A DNA stretch of 64,000 nt, taken from the NCBI GenBank assembly GCA_002633005.1, contig NMRA01000949.1, positions 2,696-66,695 on the forward strand. Direction: 5' to 3'. Positions 1-10,159 of this stretch are shown here, piece by piece. Position 1 is the first letter of the stretch. The number at the start of each line of letters is the position of its first letter. Below the pieces are notes generated by a model. That model saw only the letters and a program-made list of their open reading frames with translations. It was not told the origin of the DNA and ran no database searches. The position numbers were made by a program, and so were the translations under genes. The stretch is from Phoronis australis. Lineage: Eukaryota; Animalia; Phoronida.

Positions 1-578
1 TGCGGTCTTGTCAGTCAAATGTTCGTTTCCAAAATGCGACCACTTATACTTGTCTTTAATTGGCGTTACTTGAAACTGATTGTATTTCAATGAATTATTG
101 TTTGTATTTTATAAAAATAAATGCTGTTGATATGACATTTAATAGTCTTTGTGCACATATTTGACATTTTAATGTTTAACAACACGGCAAATGCACGGCT
201 GGTTCCCAGCAGCACGTACGCAAAGGGCGGGAACTTCAGCTTTCAAAGTTGGCCGGTAGGACCGCAACTTCTGACCTTCGGCCTGGTTAAAAAAATGAAA
301 ATTTTGATTTCACGATTTTGGGAACTGAAATAGGGACTGCTCGAAGAAAAAGTTTCATGACGGGAGTATTTGTTCGAGTTGGAAGGACTTAAACACATCG
401 ACAACCTTCTAAGGTGTTCCTCTATGCGCAAAAGCCGCAAAAGGTATTTATAACAACGTGACTTTGATGGTTTAGTCGGTGCGAGGCATAATTCGCCGAA
501 AAGCTTCCGGCGTACAGAGTGCCTATAGCCTCTGCATCGCCTCTGGTTCGGGCCAACAGAGGCGATGGTCATTGCCTA
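1..578 (-). mobile_element. Partial copy A of a long-TIR non-autonomous DNA transposon (continues outside the window), inverted relative to copy B
   Basis: Reverse complement of 1258-1285 joined to 2150-2709. Ends in ...GGTCATTGCCTA at 578. Confidence 0.85.
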
Positions 579-1037
579 GGCATAGATCAGACCAGGCAGT
601 AAACTGAACGTCCTTACGTAATGCTTTCAGATGGGCAATTAACATTGTATTTACCTTATTCATGTTGCTATTCAAAAGATTAACGAATAAAAAGTTGACA
701 TCAGACAACAGTGTGTATAAATATCAGAGCTACAGCAGAAGTTGGTACTGTTAATTCACATCGACATCACAGTGTTTCTGTTGATCGATCACCGAGCCAA
801 GCACATCAACACAATGTGCGACTAAAGTACCAGATTGATGTAAGGTAAGGTCGGATTTGAACACCTTATAAAATGTTTTACCACGTTCTTAGTTGAATAG
901 ATTCCTGACGTAAGTCGCCGTCTAGTTTGTTGATATGATTTATAAAATCAGGCGTTAAAATTTCCTAAATAACCAAAAAGAACATTGAGTTGCTATTGCA
1001 GCGCTCATTGAATTGCAAGGTCAAGGTTGAATCAGTC

Positions 1038-1106
1038 ATGGAGCTTTCTGTTTGGTCTGGCGGTTGGGGTTTGCCTTCCGTGGACGTAGATTGTTTGGCT
1101 GCTTTG
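1038..1106 (+). CDS. MTX1: Metaxin-1-like, coding exon 1 of 8 (MELSVWSGGWGLPSVDVDCLAAL)
   Basis: ATG at 1038. The WxGxWGLPSVD.xCL motif is the typical metaxin N-terminus. GT donor at 1107, phase 0. The eight exons sum to 957 nt (318 aa plus stop) with consistent phases. Confidence 0.92.
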
Positions 1107-1257
1107 GTACTATTTTACTGTTATCTTAACACTGCGATCACTCAGGTGGAACAATTTGTAACGGAGGTTCTCGTTAATATATTGTGCTCACTAGTACACA
1201 GTCAGTGAATGAGACGTAACGAAACCAGCGGCGGCGTGGGTGCATGTAGTAAGATGT

Positions 1258-3069
1258 TAGGCAATGACCATCGCCTCTGTTGGCCCACAGGCACCTTTAA
1301 GTAGCCCTCTACTATATAACATAATAAAGAGAAAGGTACACAACTGACATTCAATATGGACGTCTGCCGGCCACTTCCGGAATAACCCAATCACGTCAAA
1401 TCTGAGAGTAATTTAACTCAAACATTTTATCTGCGACAGCAACACGTTCATTGCTTCCATTTGTTGACATCGAAACCAATAAATATCATAAATACCTCCA
1501 GATCTTTTTAGTTCAATCGTCAACATTCACGACAAAGCGAAAAGCAAGAAGGCCTCTTATCAGTTTCGTCTAATGCGCATGCTCATAAGGCCCCTCGCGA
1601 CATCTTCAGAGCACTTTCATCAACTAAAATCAGCAACACTATTTATATGTTACACTATGAGCACGCGTATTGGGTACAGCAAAAATGTGTCAAACTTTCA
1701 AGGGGCCACAGACAACCCTGCTTTTTCACATGCTCATGCGAGGTAGGACGACATATTCGTAAATTAATGTAAAGAGCCTCTTCGCTGAATGTTGCTGTTT
1801 TTAGTTGATGTAAACGCTCTGAAGATGTCGCGAGGGGCCTTATGAGCATGCGCATTAGACGAAACTGATATGAGGCCTTCTTGCTTTTCGCTTTGTCGTG
1901 AATGTTGACGATTGAACTAGGAAGATCTGGAGGTATTTATGATATTTATTGGTTTCGATGTCAGCAAATGGAAGCAATGAACGTTTTGCTGTCGCAGATA
2001 AAATGTTTGAGTTAAATTACTCTCAGATTTGACGTGCTTGGGTTATTCCAGAAGTGGCCGGCAGACGTCCATATTGAATGTCAGTTGTGTACCTTTCTCT
2101 TTATTATGTTATATTGTAGAGGGCTACTTAAAGGTGCCTGTGGTTGGCCCGAACCAGAGGCGATGCAGCTCCTATAGGCGCTCCATACGCCGGGAGCTTT
2201 TCGGCGAATTATGCCTCGCACCAACTAAACCATCAAAGTCACGTTGTTATAAATACCTTTTGCGCATAGAGGAACACCTTAGGAGGTTGTCGATGTGTTT
2301 AATTCCTTCCAACTCGAACAATTACTCCCGTTATCAAACTTTTTCTTCAAGCAGTCCCTATTTCAGTTCCCAAAATCGTGAACTCAACATTTTCACTCGG
2401 CGCACGCCAAAAGATTCTTTTAACCAGGCCGAAGGTCAGAAGTTGCGGTCCTACCGGAGAACTTTGAAAGCTGAAGTTCCTGCCCTTTGCGCGCGTGCTG
2501 CCGGGAACCAGCCGAGCATTTGCCGTGTTGTTAAACATTAAAATGTCAAATATGTGCACAAAGACTATTAAATGTCATATCAACAGCATTTATTTTTATC
2601 AAATACAAACAAAAATTCATTGAAATACAATCAGTTTCAAGTAACGCCAATTAAAGACAAGTATAAGTGGTGGTTTTTTGGAAATGAACATTTGACTGAC
2701 AAAACCGCAATGGCTCACCTTTGGCCTATTTAAAGATTGAGGTCATGAAGTCACATCCCCTAGCGAGCGCGGTAAAAATTGGAGCGTACGCAGTATAAAT
2801 ATGGTGAGTTCATGATTTTGGGAACTGAACGAGTGACTGCTCTAACAAAAAGTTTGATAACGGAAGTATTTGTTCAAGTTGGAAGGAATTAAACACACCG
2901 CCAACCTCCTAAGGTGTCCCTCTATATGCAAAAAGTATTTATAACAACGTGACTTTCATGCTTTAGCCAGTGCGAGACATAATTTGCCAAAAAGCTTCCG
3001 GTGTATGGAGCGCCTATAGGAGCTGCATCGCCTCTGGTTCGGGCCAACAGAGGCGATGGTCATCGCCTA
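1258..3069 (+). mobile_element. Copy B: non-autonomous DNA transposon with ~260-bp TIRs, TAGGC...GCCTA termini and 9-bp TSD (AcademH- or MULE-type)
   Basis: TSD GTAAGATGT at 1249-1257 and 3070-3078. The left TIR (1258-1285 plus 2150-~2380) is the inverse of the right TIR (~2810-3069). No transposase ORF. Confidence 0.85.
1286..2142. mobile_element. Fold-back element with ~350-bp TIRs, CA...TG termini and 7-bp TSD (P/Galileo-like), nested in the left TIR of copy B
   Basis: 1286-1638 is the near-perfect inverse of 1790-2142. TSD GTTGGCC at 1279-1285 and 2143-2149. The empty site is visible in copy A and in the right TIR. Confidence 0.88.
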
Positions 3070-3279
3070 GTAAGATGTAACCCACCAGCTAGCTGTATGA
3101 AGACTGTCGTCAAAATACAGCTAGGTACCACTGTGTGTATTTTTTCCGTAAACCCCGAAATTGCACACAGCCAGGGTAGCTCTGCTCGTCACCTTGCCGT
3201 GAAACTTGTATCAACAAGTAAAGCTAACTATTATTATAATCTCTTGGTCTATTTACACCGACCTCTAGTCTATATACAC

Positions 3280-3324
3280 TGTCACAATGTTTTGGTCGGT
3301 CTCTTCTCTGGCCATCGTCAGGTG
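3280..3324 (-). ncRNA. Degenerate hammerhead ribozyme motif in the Penelope pLTR
   Basis: Minus strand CTGACGA-TGGCC...GACC-AAAAC-ATTG. The GAAA box is mutated. The position matches that expected for PLE hammerheads. Confidence 0.5.
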
Positions 3325-3386
3325 TTCCCGCGTTCTTAGAAGAACGAGCACGGATACATGGTACACTCATGGTGTGATTTTTTGTG

Positions 3387-3452
3387 CGAGGCAGGATTTG
3401 AACCCACGACTGCTGAAACTACAAATAATTCGAGTCCAGCACCTTAACCAAT
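3387..3452 (-). other. tRNA-derived (Ser/Leu-like) Pol III head; not an intact tRNA
   Basis: Minus strand reads TGGTTAAGG (3' part of the A-box), GCTGGACTCGAA (anticodon arm, CGA) and GGTTCAAATCC (B-box). The 5' acceptor strand is missing. Confidence 0.7.
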
Positions 3453-3837
3453 TACTTAAGAGGGAATTTTATTATACTTAAACCTTCCTAAGTAGACTGA
3501 GCCAGGTGTCACTTGGTTGTTTGCTTGGCTGACTGAAGACATTGCCTTGTACTTTCATTTACATGGCTTCCTTGATCTTTCTCTTGGTCCAACCTGTTTC
3601 ACTGTCAAGTATTCGGATTTTATTCCACTAGATATTGTGTTGTTTCGACCACATGTGTTCTGCTACTCCTGATGAGGTATTACCTTCTCTACAACACCTC
3701 TTATGCTAAGCAATTCTTGTCTCTGTGTATATAGACTAGAGGTCGTTGTAAATAGACCAAGAGATTTTAATAGTAGTTGTAATAGGCCACCACCTCAGAG
3801 CAGTTTTAGGAAGTCAAGTAAAGCTAAAGATCGGACG

Positions 3838-4897
3838 GGGTGCATGCAAAATCTGGCAATCAACCGACACTCACCTTGCCCGTTACAGCCATTTAAGTGA
3901 AAAACAATGAAATAAACGTCATTTTCTTGGGTAACTCTACACCTTTTCTAACACTGAAAAGTATGTTTTGAAAACAGTTCACTCGTGTCACGCGGGCGTG
4001 CCATTTCCTAAAATTTTGTGACATCTGTCGGGAGATGATGATAGCTTGGCAGCAGCAACATTTGTTCTGAAATTTGTTTTTTCGGAATCGAAATTCTAAA
4101 AATTTATAATGAAGCGAAACCAGTTCCAATAATTTGTTGTGACGTGTACGCAACCTCGTGAAAGAACAACAGTTGATTGAAGAATCGGCGAAAAAAGAAA
4201 CTGGCCAATAGGTGGCACAATATTTCATGGCTCCGAAAGTCGACGCAGAAGATCATTCCACAACTTTAGCAGCAGAATAATATGGTAGAACGCCATTTTT
4301 CCAACACAGTTAAATAATCTAGTTTACTCAAGGAAGACTGTAACTTTTAATGACACTTATTTCGTGTCAGCTATTATCTTACCACTTTTTTACCCACATT
4401 GGTGCAAAGCTGTATATTTAGTATACTGCTTTGTACCAAGGCTTGGGTGCATGCAAAATCTGGGAGTCAATCGGCAGACACCTTACCCGTTGCAGCCGTT
4501 TAAGTGAAAATCAATCTATTAAATGTCATTTTCTTGCATAATTTTATTCGTTTTATAACAAAGAAAAGTTTTTCATTGTTTTAATGACAGTACGGGACAC
4601 TCGTGACATGCACACGAGCAATTTCCTGAAGTTTTGCGACATTTCTCAGTAGATGATGACAGCTTCGCAGCAGCAAAATTTGTTTTGAAATGTGGTGTAC
4701 TAGTATTAAAATACTAAAAACTTGTTGGGAAATGAAACCAGTTCCAATAATTTGTTGTGACATATACGCCACCTCGTGGAATAACAAGTTTGAATGAAGA
4801 ATCAGTGAAAAAATGAAACTGAACAATAGCTAGCTAGTGATGCAATATTCCGTGGTGCCGAAAGCTGACATAAAAAGGTTGCTGCACAACCTTAGCA
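3838..4897 (+). repeat. Two diverged direct copies (~440 bp; 3838-~4275 and 4446-~4897)
   Basis: Both start GGGTGCATGCAAAATCTGG and share AAACCAGTTCCAATAATTTGTTGTGAC and CCGAAAG...CACAAC.TTAGCAG blocks. Confidence 0.8.
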
Positions 4898-5820
4898 GGC
4901 TGTTCCTGACCTTCACAAATTGCCCTAAGATGTGTTGACTTTACCCAGTGATCGAGGGAAACGTATAATGGTGAGCCTATACCACAACGTAGTCATGTCG
5001 TACTTGGGAACATAAACTGGTCTCTAATCACTGCAGTCTCTATCATTCAAAAGTAGCCAACACGTTGAAAGGTTAAAGTATTTTACCCTCTTATAACATG
5101 CCTGTATTTTAGAACCAGTTTGATGCCTGTTATTCAGTGGAGAAAACTGGTTCTCAAAATTCGGGCACATTATATCAGACCATTACCCTGTTCAGGTAGC
5201 TATAAATAATATTCTTTAACTGTTATAGGTTTCCATTTCCATTACCAACATCGAAACCATCAGCGACCTAAGACAACATTACAGACTTTATTGGGTTTGA
5301 CAACCCTAAAAATATGAATTTGAACGTGGCGCATGTACACCTTGCCTATGACTTGATTTGGTAATTGAATCAGAATCCTGTCACAACAGCGAATACTGCA
5401 AGTTAAATTAATTTTCGTCATTTTAACATATCTCTGAAAATTGATTTGGCAATTACAACAATTATTTTTGTCCCAAATATTATGATTTTTACCTTACAGA
5501 CAACACATCCATCGGCACAGTCCACTGTGACTTGCAGTCAAAGTGTATGGCGTTAGGCACTTACAGATGTTGGATTTGGATAACCAGTTTGATCTTGGTC
5601 ATTCAGTGGAGGAAACTTGTTCTCAAAATCCAGAACCGCTGACGTGCAAATGACCAACTCAACTGTCCATGATCCATCGTTTTGGTACATGAGCATAATT
5701 ACATAAATGGGAGTTAATTTAATATATGACTCTAATCCAGATCGCCCATTGTTTGCCAGCTGCCAGTTTGAAGTTTAAAAAGGCACTGCAACAGACCTAA
5801 GTTGCTGTTATTTTCTACAG

Positions 5821-5890
5821 GCATACTGCAAGTTCTCGAAAGCTCCTGTAAATGTACTTCGAACTAACAATCCATGGAAGTCTCCAAATG
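5821..5890 (+). CDS. MTX1: Metaxin-1-like exon 2 (AYCKFSKAPVNVLRTNNPWKSPNG)
   Basis: ttttctacAG acceptor, GTaagt donor, and the NPWxSPxG metaxin motif. Phase 0 to 1. Confidence 0.93.
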
Positions 5891-6439
5891 GTAAGTTAAG
5901 TCATTGTAAATTGTTATGGAATTAGTCATTTTTATGCACCCACAAATGATGTGGTCACATTTCGCCATCATCTCTGTCTGGCAGTACCTGTTTAACCACT
6001 CACAGAATCTTTTTTTAGGTAAACACATTAAAATCAATCAACAAATACATAAATGAACAATAATATATGAAATTATGAAATCTAACCAAGTGCATCAAAC
6101 AATTTGAAATTAAAACACTATCAAACCCTTTGAAAACTAATTACTATGCAAAAAACAAGACCACCTTGCCTGGAATCTCTCTGGCGCCAATTTGTAGCAA
6201 TAAATAATTTTTCCAGGTTGTAGTAATCACAAACCTCCAGTAACAATTACTGAAATTAGGGCTTAGCGTTTTGCAATATGTGTCTATAGAAGTGAAATTT
6301 TGCTAAATGATTAAATTTGCAACTTTCAATCTACAGGCTGGATCTCTAAACAAGGCAGTAGACACTTTTAACTGCACAGGGACATTGCATTCATTTATCG
6401 TACATGCTTCTAAACAACTCCAAAACAAGTGAACATTCC

Positions 6440-6720
6440 CAATACAAAATAATGTAGAATTGTTTCTTCGTGTTGCTCACAGACCCGTCGTAGGATCTTA
6501 GTGTGATTTCCAAACATCTACTGGAAATTTGCCCTGATGAGCACTGAGCAGAGTCTTTGCAACCTTCTGCTAGATGGACATATAACTTACCTGGTAGAAA
6601 ACACCAGGTCATGCAGGCTCAATAGCCTTTCTTATTTCCTAAGAAAAGTAGGTAGATTAGAAGACTTTGCTCATGAGGAATCCCATGCTGAGGGGTCCCT
6701 TTGTGTCCTAGTCAGGTGAT
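6440..6720 (+). mobile_element. Possible decayed CR1/L2-type LINE ORF2 3' end
   Basis: F.LMSTEQSLCNLLLDG...N...SYFLRKVGRL resembles CR1-clade ORF2 C-termini. Stops and frameshifts are present, and a T-rich tail follows. Confidence 0.3.
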
Positions 6721-7261
6721 TAGTGCAATGTGCCCATCTGTGTGGTCAAAGCATGCCTAGTGCACTGTAGAGGGCACCAGGCCACCTGTCTTTTTTCGTG
6801 TCTGCTGTATTATTTTGTTTTTTTTATTTCACGTCTTTGTTATATTAATATTCTGTTTATGCCCCTGCATAATTATTTTTTCACTAAATTATCAGTGTTT
6901 TATAATGTTTTGTCTTTTATTTGTTATTTTCAAGGAAGCACCACTGTCTCACTCTCTGGTGTTATCCTGGTTGTGCAAGTTTTATTTTTCTCGTGTTCAC
7001 ATATTTCCATATCATCAGTCTTGTATATTTGTAACCAGTTTTTATCTTTTCTTCAGTCTTATATGTTTGTTGTCAGGTCTCTTTTTTACTGTCAGTTGTT
7101 CAGGTGTATTCTAAAACAAATCATCAATTCAGACGCATTACTTTTTACAGGTCTTGAGGAAATTGTATCGCTCGTAAACCTGGTGAATCTTTTTTAATAG
7201 TGAACTTCTCCAATTATATTCGTGGGCTTTTTTGTTGAAAGATATTCTGCTTTGTTTGCAG

Positions 7262-7338
7262 GCAAACTTCCTTGTCTTCGTGAAATTGAAGAGAGATTTG
7301 ATTCACTGACTCAGATCTTTGAAGTTCTAAGAAAAAAT
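7262..7338 (+). CDS. MTX1: Metaxin-1-like exon 3 (GKLPCLREIEERFDSLTQIFEVLRKN)
   Basis: tttgtttgcAG acceptor and GTaagt donor. GxLPxL completes the SPxGxLP motif. Phase 1 to 0. Confidence 0.9.
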
Positions 7339-8192
7339 GTAAGTTTTAAAGTTGCATATTCTACATTAGGAGCTTAGTAAACACTTGGCATCCTTCACAA
7401 AATGCTAATTTTCAATTTACTGTTAGTTGTTACCCTTTGGTTTTTTGTTTCTAATATGTGTGAATTAACTAATAATTCAGCAATAGTTGCCTTGGTCATG
7501 GAATGTGAAATGTCTCTCAGTTATAGAGTATAATGTAGTACAGCTAGTGAGTAAAACTAGTCAATCGCTTAAAGATACTCTTTGTGCTTTATTTTATTTT
7601 TAATAAACAATTTATGTACAAAGAATTCCAACTTGACCCAGTTTAGTCAAAATTTATCGCCGAATGACATGGAGGTTTTTTCACTTTTACTTTATCACTG
7701 CTATGCCCACCTTTCGACGACTGCCATACGTGCATATCGGTGAGCTGGATACTTAGTCATTCGGGCCTCAGTTAACCCTCAATTTCATGGGAGATAACTA
7801 TCGGTTAACAACATTTAGCAGATGATTGGGTGACAGTTTCACTGAATTCCAAAAGAAGTGAATTATGTTTTTGATTATTTTTTTTTGAAGATATTTTGGT
7901 TGTGAATGATTTTCTGTCAAATTGTGATTGATAAAATAGCCTCTAAACTAGCTATCATCGAGATTTAATTGACTCAAATTCAAAACGATTTTGATTCAGA
8001 CTGCAACATTGAAATGTCAGATTAGGTGTGACCCAAGGGTTTGTATCGGGGCCGTTGGGATATGATTTTCAGCTAACACTCTTCGTTGACAGATGATAGT
8101 TTTTCACCTGAAATGTTGAATGCTCTACCTGACGGATACCTGCCTCACCGTATGATGTCATGATTTTACATTAATATAAAACAACGTGTTTG

Positions 8193-8683
8193 CAGGCCTT
8201 TATGCAGCGTACGTCCTGGGCGTCCAAATGGACGCCCTAGCACTAATCTTGACGCCCTGGCAAGGAAGCCCAATGTATCATTTGGACACCCACTGTCAAT
8301 AAGAACCTTTCAAGTTTGGACTCACATATTGTATTGAATACTAGGAAGCCTCTGAAGGCTCACAGTGGGGGCTGTTTTTCAAAGCAGGAAGAAATATACA
8401 ATGTATATACAAAGTAATACAATGTTGCTATGCTCACACTTGGTTGGTAGCATTGTAAAAGTCTTGGTCTACAGTTTTTTTTTTAGTAAAGATGCTCACT
8501 ACAGAAGGCTGTTTTGTAAACTTAAATGTAAAAACCTTGGTCTATGCATTTTTTTGTAAAAAAATGTGTGTGTCTGGGGGGAATGCTGGGGGTGGGGGGT
8601 TACGCATCAGAATCATGGACGTCCTGGAATATTGGGAACCCCATTTTGGACACCCTATTTTCGAAATCCTGGATAAAGGCTTG
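8193..8683. mobile_element. hAT-type MITE
   Basis: TIR CAGGCCTTTATGCAG / CTGGATAAAGGCTTG, with 8-bp TSD CGTGTTTG (8185-8192) / CGTGTTTA (8684-8691). Confidence 0.75.
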
Positions 8684-9039
8684 CGTGTTTATATTTAACT
8701 CTGAAAGTTTCACAACATTCCAAATTTAACAAGTAATGATTTTAGAGTGCGTATTCATTGCACCCTATTTTATACGTTCCACTTTCAAAATTTGTTTGGC
8801 ACAGGACTGGAGAATGAAGTTTTAAAAAACTTGTTGGTGAAATAGTTACACAGAATGACACCAAATTTCAAATTTTCTCTGAAAACTCTAGAGTCAAACA
8901 CATAATAAGACCGGAGTTTACTAAATTTTTATGTCTTCGATTTTTTGTATTCTTGAAACTTAGTTTGTGTCATTAATTAATGAAAATAAAAGAACGAGCT
9001 CTCTTAACGCATGATGACATCAGTGTTGATTGGTTACAG

Positions 9040-9132
9040 AATTATGGTGTCGACTCCTGGCTCAGTACTCGGCAGAGTAGTGATGTGTTCGCATTCTCGG
9101 CCATGTTGGAGGAACAGCTTAAACCTGCATTG
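9040..9132 (+). CDS. MTX1: Metaxin-1-like exon 4 (NYGVDSWLSTRQSSDVFAFSAMLEEQLKPAL)
   Basis: tacAG acceptor, GTaagg donor, and the D..LS..Q..D..AF..LEE.L.PAL metaxin pattern. Phase 0 to 0. Confidence 0.92.
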
Positions 9133-9592
9133 GTAAGGAGGTGCAAGTGCTGAAGTACAAAATCACATAGTGCCCTCTGTTGGCAAATTTGTTTTTTGCC
9201 TATACCTCAGTATTTACCAAGTTCCTTGATTGCTCTTTGTGAAGTTTGGCGAATGTGTTCCAGTTGAGGAGAGTACAGCATTGACATTGATTTTTGAATG
9301 AGTCTGACCGCTGTGATATTCCCTAGTTCTCAATTTAGATTTTCTTTGTGTATGGCTCTACATCCAACAAGCTCCTTCGTTGATGGATTTTCATATATTT
9401 GGCTGATTGGTTTCTCTCAAAGACACAACAACAGTTGCCTTGTTTCACATGGATTTCACATTTGCTGTGTCTACTAGTGGCCATTTTATTTTATATATTA
9501 CATAGAATTGATACTAAACATCCCTGGAAGCATACAGGTACAATCAGCACATTTCAATATATTGTGATTCTTGGTGTTTCTTTGTTTGACAG

Positions 9593-9778
9593 CTGCACAC
9601 TCTGTGGGTGGATGAAAAAACTACCAGCGAGTTGTCTCGACCATGGATGGCACGTCATTTGCCATGGTGGCTCAAATTCTATTGGCCAGGTCGAGTTCAG
9701 AGAGAGGCTAGCAGGCGAATACAAGCGAAAACATCTGACAGTCATTTGAATTTAACAACCAAAGAACTGGAAAAAGAA
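9593..9778 (+). CDS. MTX1: Metaxin-1-like exon 5 (LHTLWVDEKTTSELSRPWMARHLPWWLKFYWPGR...ELEKE)
   Basis: Polypyrimidine tract plus gacAG acceptor, GTaggt donor, and the WVD...RPW....P.PL.F..P motif. Overlaps track ORF 9608..9808. Confidence 0.93.
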
Positions 9779-10159
9779 GTAGGTTGTCTCAGTTTAGCTG
9801 TAATATAGATGAAATAGAATAACTTATCAATGAAAGTCATATTGAGCGCTGTTTTGGGTGCTATTACTATTGCCATGGGACATCCCGTTTTACAAAATTT
9901 CGCATGTCAGATGTTTTGTTTGAATGAAAAATCGAGTCATTAAAGAAGGCAAGTAAGTGTACAGTTGTTGTTTTCTGTGTTTTTTCTGTCATTTGTTGGA
10001 ATGCTGCTGAAAAGGTGGAATATGGGACGTAATAAATTCATTCTCTTATATATTACTTAAAGTTGGTCATTTTTGACTCAATAACATTCTAGCGCTCAAT
10101 ATAACTCTAAGCACGTAGTACTTATTTACTTAATAAAGCTGAAAATAAGCTCCTACCAT

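Larger units (their letters stand above)
3215..3827 (-). mobile_element. 5'-truncated Penelope-like retroelement: decayed GIY-YIG C-terminus, 3' pLTR and inverted partial pLTR
   Basis: Minus strand 3725 to 3478 reads ETRIA*HKRCCREGNTSSGVAEHMWSKQHNI*WNKIRILDSETGWTKRKIKEAM*... Segment 3225-3280 recurs inverted at 3725-3778, as in Penelope insertions. Confidence 0.8.

Noticed and set aside
3026-3071. Helitron classification of the element ending in hairpin plus CTAG|T
   Set aside because: Long TIRs and a perfect 9-bp TSD argue for a cut-and-paste element, and the G of CTAG belongs to the TSD.
151-3339. ORFs 151..333, 243..572, 1202..1390, 1655..1855, 2029..2541, 2347..2559 and 3001..3339 that look like paralogous proteins
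   Set aside because: The similarity comes from reading through the inverted repeats of the nested transposons. The 170-aa ORF crosses an insertion junction and has no recognisable domain.
3387-3452. Functional tRNA-Ser gene
   Set aside because: The 5' acceptor strand is missing, the anticodon stem is disrupted, and it is embedded in a retroelement terminus.
6534-6570. Other CTGATGA/CTGACGA hits (6534, 17821, 29448, 37924, 56754) as hammerheads
   Set aside because: None has a stem II followed by GAAA and a cleavage triplet.
6730-7197. Hydrophobic 155-aa and 99-aa ORFs
   Set aside because: T-rich low-complexity intron sequence gives F/L/C/Y-rich open frames. No motif is present.
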